Below the pieces are notes generated by a model. It searched no databases and was not told the origin of the DNA. It worked only from the letters and a program-made list of their open reading frames with translations. DNA of 20,556 bases from a bacterium (lineage in GTDB: Bacteria; RBG-13-61-14; DATKZS01), in the NCBI GenBank assembly GCA_046484135.1, contig JAWOBU010000243.1, forward strand, positions 1-20,556, in the 5' to 3' direction. The first letter of the stretch is position 1. Each line of letters starts with the position of its first letter. The translations under genes were made by a program, and so were the position numbers. Positions 1-7,631 of this stretch are shown here, piece after piece.

Positions 1-126
1 ATTCAGAAAGAGTTCCAGAACCCGCTTGCAAAAGCGCTGTTGGAAGGAAAGTTCAAGGAAGGGGATACGGTTGTCATTGACGTCCCGGAAGAGAAAAAAG
101 AGGTCGTGTTCGAGCAGGCAGCGTAA
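1..126 (+). CDS. clpB: C-terminal end of a ClpB/ClpC-family AAA+ chaperone (partial; missing from the ORF track)
   Basis: Frame 1 reads IQKEFQNPLAKALLEGKFKEGDTVVIDVPEEKKEVVFEQAA* (TAA 124-126), matching the C-terminal D2-small domain pattern of ClpB/ClpC (IQxxxxNPLAxxxLxGxFxxGDxVxxD). ClpB versus ClpC/ClpA cannot be settled from 41 aa. Confidence 0.75.
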   Translation: MQKEFQNPLAKALLEGKFKEGDTVVIDVPEEKKEVVFEQAA

Positions 127-261
127 CGCCGGTTGAAATCATGAAAACTACAGGTCTTATTGCCTGGAGGAAAAGGGTTTTCCCCGGGAGATAAAGACCG
201 ATGTAAATACGGCTCGGAAAAGAGCACCAACCGGCAACCTGCTTCTCGAAAGGAGGGCGTC

Positions 262-504
262 ATGAAATGCCCCTTGCTTAAAGGAAAAAGCGTGAGGAGG
301 TGCGGCGCGGTCAGCGTGGCCGTGCTGCTCAACTCCCGTGACCTGGAAAACTACTGCTTGAACGACAACTACGCCGAATGCCCGGTGTACCGGAAGCTGA
401 AGACGGAAAATCAGGACCGTCTTTCCTTGAAAGAGTATTACCTGGTAATCGGCAGGGACTCTACAAGCACCATTGATCCGGGCTCGGGCGAGATGACGGC
501 GTGA
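262..504 (+). CDS. Small Cys-rich hypothetical protein, 80 aa (paralog A)
   Basis: AGGAGG at 251-256 precedes ATG 262, a better start than the ORF-track start at 160. MKCPLL...RC...YC...ECPVY is collinear with the next ORF. Confidence 0.75.
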   Translation: MKCPLLKGKSVRRCGAVSVAVLLNSRDLENYCLNDNYAECPVYRKLKTENQDRLSLKEYYLVIGRDSTSTIDPGSGEMTA

Positions 505-554
505 GCCGGTAGTTAAAAAACGAAAACCATTTTTGCAAAAAGGAGGAGAGAGAG

Positions 555-767
555 ATGAAATGTCCTCTGTTAGAGGGACTTTACTCTAAACGATGTATGG
601 CGATAAGCTCAGCCATCAACACCCAGGAGAGCGAGTTCGGAAAGTACTGCGAAAGCGGAAGATACCAGGAATGCCCGCTCTACAACAACTACTTGCTGGC
701 CGAAGAAAAAGCCTATAAAATCCCTCATGAGCCTACCGCGGGCGGAACCGGAAAAATGTCGGCCTGA
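555..767 (+). CDS. Small Cys-rich hypothetical protein, 70 aa (paralog B)
   Basis: AGGAGG at 541-546. Same Cys spacing as 262..504, with 19 of the first 43 residues identical without gaps. Confidence 0.75.
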   Translation: MKCPLLEGLYSKRCMAISSAINTQESEFGKYCESGRYQECPLYNNYLLAEEKAYKIPHEPTAGGTGKMSA

Positions 768-805
768 AATAACGCGCTAAGGCGCGGGCGGAAGCGGAGT
801 GGAGC

Positions 806-1186
806 ATGATAAAAGTAACGGAAGAACCTATTGACGTGAACGAGGCTTTTGAAGCGCTCTCTAAACAAGGAGCCGGCTCAACCGTGCTTCACGTGGGAGT
901 GGTAAAGCCGGACCCGGAAGGAAAAAAAAGCGCGGGTATTACCTTCCGGCCCCAAGAGGGCATTGAGAAAGAGCTCAAGGAGATCGATACGTACCTTTAC
1001 GACAACTTCGAACTCACGGACGTGGTCCTGGTAAGAAGGATGGGAAAGCTGAAGGTAGGGGACCTGATCCTGGTCGCCGCGGTAGCAGCCCGCGACCGGG
1101 ACAGCGCCTTCCAGGCCTGCCGGGAAGCGGTCGAGCGCTTCAAGAAAATGGAGAACCTGCAAAAACAAGAGCACTACCTCGAGTAG
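806..1186 (+). CDS. moaE: Molybdopterin synthase catalytic subunit MoaE-like protein (divergent)
   Basis: N-terminal VTEEPID, GAGSTVLHVGVVK, RRMGKLKVGDLILVAAVAA, R-x-x-AFQACREAVERFK and KQEHY follow the MoaE pattern and length, but several conserved positions differ. Confidence 0.75.
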   Translation: MIKVTEEPIDVNEAFEALSKQGAGSTVLHVGVVKPDPEGKKSAGITFRPQEGIEKELKEIDTYLYDNFELTDVVLVRRMGKLKVGDLILVAAVAARDRDSAFQACREAVERFKKMENLQKQEHYLE

Positions 1187-1189
1187 CCC

Positions 1190-1615
1190 TCACCCGGACT
1201 TCTTCGGCAGGTACTGCCAGTTCTCTCCAGCCGGGTCCACCGAATAAAAGGCGCCGCCATGAACCGAAAGCTCCGGCGCCGAGAGAACGGAAGGGCCGAG
1301 CCGCAAAACACCCTTGTAAAAGCGGGTCTTGCCTTCTTTAGAAGAAAGCTCTTCCAGGAAGTCTTCGTCGTAAAGCGCGAGGATTCGGACCTGGTCGAAA
1401 CCGCGGGAGCTCTCGTGCTCGGCGGAGTGGGAAAGAAGGTCCTTTAACACGTCCTCTTTAAAGTCCCCTTCCAGGTGATAAAACAGCACTACCGTGGAAA
1501 CCGGCTCGAGCTCCCAGCGAACAAGCTCCGTGCAAAGGTTTCCCGGCTCTCTCCATTCGCAGGAAAAACCGAAAATCATCATCAACAATAAAACCGCTAA
1601 AGCTTGCCTTTGCAT
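1190..1615 (-). CDS. Hypothetical protein, probable lipoprotein
   Basis: AAGGAGG precedes ATG at 1615. N-terminus MQRQALAVLLLMMIFGFS-C has a basic residue, a hydrophobic stretch and a Cys (lipobox-like). Fills the gap between moaE and trpE. Confidence 0.6.
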   Translation of the reverse strand: MQRQALAVLLLMMIFGFSCEWREPGNLCTELVRWELEPVSTVVLFYHLEGDFKEDVLKDLLSHSAEHESSRGFDQVRILALYDEDFLEELSSKEGKTRFYKGVLRLGPSVLSAPELSVHGGAFYSVDPAGENWQYLPKKSG

Positions 1616-1810
1616 TCCGTCCTCCTTCAAGCACGTCCTTTAAACGCTCGCGCTAAGCTCTGCTCGTTTTTTTGCTTGAATCTTTAAGCCCGGGCGAGCG
1701 GCGTGCGCCGCGATATGTGCTTCTCCTGTAAGCCTGATTTACAATCACTCTCAAGATCAACGGGACCATAAACAACCTCCACGGCATCCCTCAATACCGC
1801 ATGAGAGTCT

Positions 1811-1839
1811 TTGCAGTCAAACCGGTAAAATATTATGAT
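1811..1839 (+). promoter_or_regulatory. Putative sigma70 promoter for trpE
   Basis: TTGCAG (1811-1816), 17 nt spacer, TATGAT (1834-1839), 50 nt upstream of the trpE ATG. Confidence 0.55.
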
Positions 1840-1889
1840 ATCATTAATCGCGGACTCGAACGATACAAACAAAGCCCGGAGTAAAAAGC

Positions 1890-3392
1890 ATGAGCGCATC
1901 CTATGAAATAGTACCCGATTTTTCCGAGTTCCGGAAGCTGGCGCAGGAAGGCAACCTGGTGCCGGTCTACGCCGAGATACTGGCCGACCTGGAGACGCCG
2001 GTCTCCGCTTTTTTGAAGATCGGCGGCTCTGATTATGCCTTCCTGCTGGAGAGCGTGGAAGGCGGCGAGAAGTGGGCCCGCTACTCCTTTCTGGGCGCGG
2101 ACCCCCAGGTCATCTTCCGCTCCAAGGGAAATCGGGCCGAGATCATCCGGAAGACCCGCGCGGACGTGATCGAAGGGTTCGACGATGCCCTGGAGCCGCT
2201 CCACGAGCTCATGAGCGAGTACCGGCAGGTGAGCCTGCCCGGCCTTCCCCGCTTCGTGGGAGGTGCGGTAGGGTACGCGGCCTATGACATGATCCGGCAG
2301 TTCGAGCGGATGCCGGACGAGACCATTGACGAGCTCGGCTGTTACGATACTCACTTTATCATCACGGACACCATCATCGTGTTCGACAACCTGCGCCATA
2401 CCATGAAGGTGGTGGTGAACACCCATATTGAAGAAGGCCGGGAGCTCGAGGACATCTACTCCGAGGCGGTGGAAAAAATCGGCGAGCTTATCCGAAGGCT
2501 TTCCGAGTCCGGGCCTCCGGAGCCGCCCCCCGTTTACGAAGAGCCGCTCGAGTACAACTCCAACTTCAGCCGGGACGACTACAAACAGGTGGTGGAAAAG
2601 TGCAAGGAGTACATCCGGCAGGGCGACATCATCCAGGTAGTTCCCAGCCAGCGCTTCCGCGCACCCGCCAAGGTCCACCCCTTTCACCTCTACCGGGCGC
2701 TGCGCAGGATAAACCCGTCCCCCTACATGTTCTTTCTGAAGCTCGGAGGCGAGACCCTGGTGGGAAGCTCGCCCGAGGTACTGATCCGGATGGAAGGCGA
2801 CCGTGCCGAGCTACGGCCCATCGCCGGCACCCGCAAGCGCGGAAGTACGCCCGACGAAGACCTGGCCCTGGAAGAAGAACTCAAGAAAGACCCCAAGGAG
2901 ATGGCCGAGCACATCATGCTGGTGGACCTCGGAAGGAACGACCTGGGACGCGTGAGCAGGATCGGCACCGTCCAGGTCACCGAGCTTGCAGTGGTCGAAA
3001 GATACAGCCACGTCATGCACCTCGTGTCCAACGTGCGCGGGCAGGTCAAACAAGGAACCGACGCCTACGATGTGTTCCGTGCGTCCTTTCCGGCCGGGAC
3101 ACTGACCGGCGCGCCCAAAATACGGGCCATGGAGATCATCGAGGAGCTCGAGCCGAGCAAAAGGGGATGCTACGGCGGAGCAGTGGGATACTTCTCCTTT
3201 ACCGGCAACATGGACATGTGCATCACCATCCGGACCATACTCATAAAAGACGGCATCCTGAACATCCAGGCCGGAGGAGGTGTAGTAGCGGACTCCGATC
3301 CCGACCTCGAGTATGAAGAAACAGTAAACAAGTCATCGGCCATGATGAGGGCAGTGGAAATGGCAAGGAAGGGGCTCAAGATTGGGGAGTAG
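1890..3392 (+). CDS. trpE: Anthranilate synthase component I
   Basis: DLETPVSAFLK, FLLESVEGGEKWARYSF (LLES Trp-feedback motif), NPSPYMF, PIAGT (TrpE-type; PabB has PIKGT), EHIMLVDLGRND, SHVMHLVS, PAGTLTGAPKIRAM; 500 aa. Confidence 0.95.
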   Translation: MSASYEIVPDFSEFRKLAQEGNLVPVYAEILADLETPVSAFLKIGGSDYAFLLESVEGGEKWARYSFLGADPQVIFRSKGNRAEIIRKTRADVIEGFDDALEPLHELMSEYRQVSLPGLPRFVGGAVGYAAYDMIRQFERMPDETIDELGCYDTHFIITDTIIVFDNLRHTMKVVVNTHIEEGRELEDIYSEAVEKIGELIRRLSESGPPEPPPVYEEPLEYNSNFSRDDYKQVVEKCKEYIRQGDIIQVVPSQRFRAPAKVHPFHLYRALRRINPSPYMFFLKLGGETLVGSSPEVLIRMEGDRAELRPIAGTRKRGSTPDEDLALEEELKKDPKEMAEHIMLVDLGRNDLGRVSRIGTVQVTELAVVERYSHVMHLVSNVRGQVKQGTDAYDVFRASFPAGTLTGAPKIRAMEIIEELEPSKRGCYGGAVGYFSFTGNMDMCITIRTILIKDGILNIQAGGGVVADSDPDLEYEETVNKSSAMMRAVEMARKGLKIGE

Positions 3393-3457
3393 GGGAAAGC
3401 TTTACAAGCTCTGATAAAGCCACGGAAAACCCCTTGCGGCAACACGGGAGAATGAAA

Positions 3458-4960
3458 ATGAAGAACAACGCCAAAAAAGAAAAAAATCCCGCAGCCGAGG
3501 CAAGTGTTCCCGAGTTCGAAATCAAAAACTTCGGACCCATAGCCCAAGGCAAGATACAGCTCAAGAACCTCACCATCTTCATCGGACCAAACAGCTCCGG
3601 AAAGTCGTATGCGGCAATGCTGATAAAGGCGTTTTATGATGCTTTGGCAGATGAAAATGCACCTCGAAGATTGCGTATGGGTCAATTGGCAACTAAATTG
3701 GGTCAAAATTTAATTTCCAATGATTACGCTTGGGAAAATTTTGACCAGGAAAAGCTGAGAAATGATTTATTAAGCCTAACAGCGGACGAAGAGTACAGAA
3801 TTGAAAACTCAATAATACATCAAGAATTAAAGGAAAGCCTTAAAAAGTTAATGGAAGAAACATTAATAAATTCTCTTAATGATACTTTTGCGTCAAAAAC
3901 AGGAAAACTCTCCCGATATGGAAACCATAGAATGTCTTTATCTTATAAATTGGGAGAAGAAACAATCAGCTTCTTAGAAAAATATGACAATTTATTTATA
4001 GAAGAAATAGATTTATCACCGGTCAACATTTATATTAGACTCACAAATAAGAACGAGTACCCTGATAACCAGTACCGTATAGAAAAGACCTTAACTGAAT
4101 ATAAAATTGTAATAATTTTAACAAGAGAAGCTATCGAAAGCTCGCAAAATTTGATTAAAGATTTTATTAAATCTGCAACTCCCATCTATATTACTTCTCT
4201 CATCCACAAGTTATACAGGACGACTCACTATTTGCCCGCTTTCAGAGCAGGACTGCTGTCGGTTCGAAAGGAACTTTCTTCTGCTTTAATTAGAAAGAAA
4301 GAAGTTACGGATACTGCCGGCGTTATCCGCGAGTTTCTGGGAGATTTGGAAGGGATTGTTCCTGATGTAAAAAAAGAGTTTTTTAAGAAAGGCCGGGAAG
4401 CAGAAAAAAATCTGACCGGCGGCGAGATAATCATAAACGACCAAAGCTTCGGCTCCTACAACCTGACCTACAAAAAGGGCAGCATGGAAATCCCGATATC
4501 AAACGCCTCCTCCACCGTGAACGAGATCGCTCCGCTGGTGATTTATTTGAAGCATATCGTCTCGCCCGGCGACATCCTGGTGATAGAGGAGCCGGAGTCC
4601 AGTCTTCATCCTGCGGCGCAGCGGGAGATGGCCCGGCTCATAGCGTCGCTGGTCCGCTCTGGCCTGAAGATATTAATCACCACCCACAGCGACTATCTCC
4701 TCGAACAGCTCGGCAACCTGGTCATGATGAGCGGGCTTGACCAGAAAAGGCGCAGGGAAAGGTACGGGACAGAGCTCTACCTGGCCCCGGAAGAAGTAAG
4801 CGCCTACCTGTTCAAGTACAACAACAGGAACAAAGCCTACCGGATCGAGGAGCTTCCGGTAACCGGCAAAGACGGCATATCCATGGAAGAGCAGACCCGG
4901 GTAGCGGAAGAACTCTACGATGAATCGGTTAATCTGGAGTCGGACATAGAAGAAAGCTAG
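3458..4960 (+). CDS. ABC-type ATPase (AAA_15/AAA_21-like, non-transporter), candidate defence/toxin-antitoxin ATPase
   Basis: IKNFGPI N-terminal strand, Walker A GPNSSGKS, degenerate signature ASSTVNEIAPL, Walker B/D-loop ILVIEEPESSLHP, H-loop ITTHSDY, and a long insert between the two halves. GGGAG at 3446-3450 favours ATG 3458 (alternatives 3452, 3434). Confidence 0.85.
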   Translation: MKNNAKKEKNPAAEASVPEFEIKNFGPIAQGKIQLKNLTIFIGPNSSGKSYAAMLIKAFYDALADENAPRRLRMGQLATKLGQNLISNDYAWENFDQEKLRNDLLSLTADEEYRIENSIIHQELKESLKKLMEETLINSLNDTFASKTGKLSRYGNHRMSLSYKLGEETISFLEKYDNLFIEEIDLSPVNIYIRLTNKNEYPDNQYRIEKTLTEYKIVIILTREAIESSQNLIKDFIKSATPIYITSLIHKLYRTTHYLPAFRAGLLSVRKELSSALIRKKEVTDTAGVIREFLGDLEGIVPDVKKEFFKKGREAEKNLTGGEIIINDQSFGSYNLTYKKGSMEIPISNASSTVNEIAPLVIYLKHIVSPGDILVIEEPESSLHPAAQREMARLIASLVRSGLKILITTHSDYLLEQLGNLVMMSGLDQKRRRERYGTELYLAPEEVSAYLFKYNNRNKAYRIEELPVTGKDGISMEEQTRVAEELYDESVNLESDIEES

Positions 4961-4963
4961 ACC

Positions 4964-5425
4964 ATGGATGTTTTGAAGAAAATAAAAACAAACCATGAAG
5001 ATGCTGTAGTACCATCATGCGCGGAGGAGAGGCAAAAGAAACTTAAGGTCAAAATGACGGGACTTAAGGACTACGTCATTCTCAAAGGAGAACTTTTAAG
5101 CCAAGGCGAATTTAAAGTCTGCGATTGTTTGATCGTGATCCAAGAGGGAAAGTCCATCAAAGTCGCCTTGGTAGAACGTAAAACCAGCCGTCCCCGCATA
5201 GGGTCAGATGAAGAAGCTAAGTACAGGAACGCCTATAGATTGATTGAGGAGGCTCTTCCTGGTTACGGGATTAACAACCTTCAAGACATTGCCATCAAAT
5301 TTGTTCTGTACTATGAAAAGAACTTAAAACCAACGGGATTACGAACTTTCGAAAATAAGAGAATTGAGGGGAAGAAAATAGTGCGCAAAAAGTACAATGA
5401 GCTTCTGAAAACAGTTTTCGATTAG
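4964..5425 (+). CDS. Hypothetical protein with PD-(D/E)xK-like nuclease motif
   Basis: Starts 3 nt after the ATPase stop. VCDCLIV...VALVERKTS fits (P/C)D-xn-E-x-K on two hydrophobic strands. Lys-rich and AT-rich. The ORF is probable; the nuclease call is inference. Confidence 0.6.
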   Translation: MDVLKKIKTNHEDAVVPSCAEERQKKLKVKMTGLKDYVILKGELLSQGEFKVCDCLIVIQEGKSIKVALVERKTSRPRIGSDEEAKYRNAYRLIEEALPGYGINNLQDIAIKFVLYYEKNLKPTGLRTFENKRIEGKKIVRKKYNELLKTVFD

Positions 5426-5442
5426 AAGAACGGAGGCAGTAG

Positions 5443-5892
5443 ATGAACCTTGGCAAAGCGGGCCAGTTGGGCATTGTTGTGAAGGACGTGGAGCGGGCTG
5501 TCGACTTTTTGTACCGGCAGTTCGGCATCGGTCCTTTCGGGGTGGTTCCTTTGGACAATGTAAACGCTGTTTATAAGGGCAAGGAGATCACCTACCGGAT
5601 CAAGGCGGGGGTTTGCAAGCACGAGGACATGATGTACGAGTTGATCGAGGTGGTGGAGGGCGAGTGCATACTTACGGACCCGCAGTATCTCCCGCCTTCC
5701 GGGCAGGGACTCCATCACGTGGGCTTTTTCGTGGACGACCTGGACAAGGCGATCGAGGAGTGGACCGCGGACGGCGGCGAGGTCCTCCAGCGCGGCAGCT
5801 TCCTGCCGGGCGCGGGCACGGCTTATTTGGACACGCCCGCCGGTTGCGGCATGCTGGTCGAGCTCATCAAGATGCCGGAGAACAACCAATGA
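5443..5892 (+). CDS. VOC/glyoxalase-superfamily protein (methylmalonyl-CoA epimerase-like)
   Basis: QLGIVVKDVERA, YELIEV, GLHHVGFFVDDLDKA and VELI supply the Q/E/H/E metal-ligand pattern. GGAGG RBS upstream. Confidence 0.85.
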   Translation: MNLGKAGQLGIVVKDVERAVDFLYRQFGIGPFGVVPLDNVNAVYKGKEITYRIKAGVCKHEDMMYELIEVVEGECILTDPQYLPPSGQGLHHVGFFVDDLDKAIEEWTADGGEVLQRGSFLPGAGTAYLDTPAGCGMLVELIKMPENNQ

Positions 5893-6692
5893 GCGGGAAG
5901 GTTTTCCTGGTAACCGGCGCCAGCCGCGGCATCGGGCACGCACTTTGCTGCGAGCTCGCGGGCAGGGGCCACCGCGTCTACGGTGCGGCCCGCTCCGGCT
6001 GTGAGAACGCGCCCTTTACGCCGATCACCCTGGACGTAACCGATCCAGCCTCGGCACAAGAGAGTGCAGACAGGATAATCGAGCAGGAGGGCGGGATTGA
6101 CGTACTGGTAAACAACGCGGGCAGCAGCTTCTCCGGCCCCGCCGAGGAGGTCTCGACAGACACGGCCCGCCGGATTTTCGAGACCAACTACATGGGCACG
6201 GTAAACATGATAAAGGCGGTCGCGCCCCACATGCGGGAGCGGGGATCGGGCGACATAGTGAACATCGGCTCCGCGGGCGGCAGGATCGGCGTGCCTTTCC
6301 AGTCCCATTACACCGCGTCCAAGTTCGCGGTGGAGGGCCTGTCCGAGTCGCTCTTTCACGAGCTCCGTCCCTTCGGCATCCGCGTACTTTTAATCGAGCC
6401 CGGCGACGTAGGCACGGAAATATGGTCTACGAGCGAGCATTATTCCGGGGAAGGCTCGGTCTACGCCGAGGCCCTTGCCAGGTTTCACAAGGTCAAGGCC
6501 CGCGAGATGGGCAAGGGAGCAGACCCTCCGGAGCGGGTGGCCAAGCAGATCGCGGAGATAATTCTTTCCGATACCGGAAAGCTCCGCCACCCCGTGGCCA
6601 AGGGGGCCCGGCTTATCCTGGCCGCCCGGAAGATACTCCCCGACCGGCTTTTCCTCCCCGTGGTCGGTCGGAACTACCGGACGGGGAGATAA
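5889..6692 (+). CDS. Short-chain dehydrogenase/reductase (classical SDR)
   Basis: ATG 5889 overlaps the VOC stop (ATGA). TGASRGIG, DVLVNNAG, NIGS, YTASK, IEPG. The ORF-track start at 5613 is an overextension. Confidence 0.92.
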   Translation: MSGKVFLVTGASRGIGHALCCELAGRGHRVYGAARSGCENAPFTPITLDVTDPASAQESADRIIEQEGGIDVLVNNAGSSFSGPAEEVSTDTARRIFETNYMGTVNMIKAVAPHMRERGSGDIVNIGSAGGRIGVPFQSHYTASKFAVEGLSESLFHELRPFGIRVLLIEPGDVGTEIWSTSEHYSGEGSVYAEALARFHKVKAREMGKGADPPERVAKQIAEIILSDTGKLRHPVAKGARLILAARKILPDRLFLPVVGRNYRTGR

Positions 6693-6745
6693 AGGGCACC
6701 AAGTCTATCCTCAACCCTGTCTTCTCCCAGCGCAGAGATTCCCGG

Positions 6746-7516
6746 TTAAAGCCCTTCGATATACACCTTCTCCATTACCTGCTCTTTAACCGGCCGGTTG
6801 CGCCCGCCGGTCTCGACATTGCCGATCTTGTTTACCACGTCCATGCCCTCGGTAACCTGGCCGAACACAGTGTAGCTCCCGTCCAGGTGGGGCTTTCGGG
6901 CGAGGCAGATAAAGAACTGGCTTCCGGCGGAGTTCGGGTTCCTGGAGCGGGCCATGCTCACGGTGCCCGGCTTATGGGGACGGTCATTGAACTCGGCCTC
7001 TATGTTATAGCCGGGACCGCCGGTGCCGGTGCCTTCGGGACAGCCTCCCTGGATCATGAAACCGTCAATCACGCGGTGAAAGATAAGACCGTCGTAAAAG
7101 TGGGACATGGCCAGCCGGATGAAGTTGCGGCAGTGATCGGGCGCGTCCTCAGGAAAAAACTTGAACTTGATTATGCCCCCGTTCGTCTCGATGACCGCTT
7201 TGAGCTCCTTCATGTCCTGGGGACTGAACTCTTTTACCTTTTTCCCCCACAGCTCGACCAGCTTGTCCACCGCCTCATCAACATGGTCGCCGTCCGGGTA
7301 CAAGGTCACGTAAGCGTCATACGCCTTGATGGTCCCTTTGTCCTTTGCCTTCTTCCACAGCTCGGCTTGTGACGGTTTCGACTCTTTCTCCTTTTTGGAA
7401 GCTTCTTGTTTGGAGCTTTCTTCGTTTTCAGCAGTGGCCGTTTTTTCGCAAGAGCCCAGACCAAAAGCCAGAAAAGCAACCAGCACCACCGACAGGACAG
7501 CTTTTATCCTCACCAT
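6746..7516 (-). CDS. Cyclophilin-type peptidyl-prolyl cis-trans isomerase, lipoprotein with N-terminal extension
   Basis: FHRVIDGFMIQGG, GTVSMAR, SAGSQFFI, HLDGSYTVFGQV. Signal peptide with lipobox LGS-C; AGGAGG RBS. Confidence 0.93.
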   Translation of the reverse strand: MVRIKAVLSVVLVAFLAFGLGSCEKTATAENEESSKQEASKKEKESKPSQAELWKKAKDKGTIKAYDAYVTLYPDGDHVDEAVDKLVELWGKKVKEFSPQDMKELKAVIETNGGIIKFKFFPEDAPDHCRNFIRLAMSHFYDGLIFHRVIDGFMIQGGCPEGTGTGGPGYNIEAEFNDRPHKPGTVSMARSRNPNSAGSQFFICLARKPHLDGSYTVFGQVTEGMDVVNKIGNVETGGRNRPVKEQVMEKVYIEGL

Positions 7517-7584
7517 CTCTATTTCCTCCTTGTAACCTGAAATTGTGGGTTACTATCTTCTCTTACCATACGTCGCCGAGCCGG

Positions 7585-7613
7585 TTGATGCAAGCTTTAA
7601 AAGGTTATAAGCT
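7585..7613 (+). promoter_or_regulatory. Possible sigma70 promoter for the Rid-GDPD genes
   Basis: TTGATG (7585-7590), 17 nt spacer, TAAGCT (7608-7613) in the divergent intergenic gap; GGAGGT RBS at 7621. Confidence 0.35.
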
Positions 7614-7631
7614 GGCGCTCGGAGGTGTGAC

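Noticed and set aside
190..205. Sigma28-like CCGAT element upstream of the Cys4 genes
   Set aside because: No TAAA -35 element at the proper spacing.
735..767. Internal GG near the C-terminus of paralog B (AGGTGKMSA) as a masked MoaD/ThiS-type sulfur-carrier tail next to moaE
   Set aside because: Paralog A has PGSG, not GG. The Cys4 sequence does not resemble a beta-grasp carrier, and no JAMM protease or MoeB is in the window.
773..787. CGCGC-TAAG-GCGCG hairpin after paralog B as a terminator
   Set aside because: Only a 5-bp stem with no U-tract.
1684..1889. trp attenuator or leader peptide
   Set aside because: No short Trp-codon ORF, T-box or terminator hairpin between the promoter candidate and trpE.
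3393..5442. Mobile element or target-site duplication around the ATPase-nuclease cassette
   Set aside because: No direct or inverted terminal repeats, integrase or transposase seen by eye.
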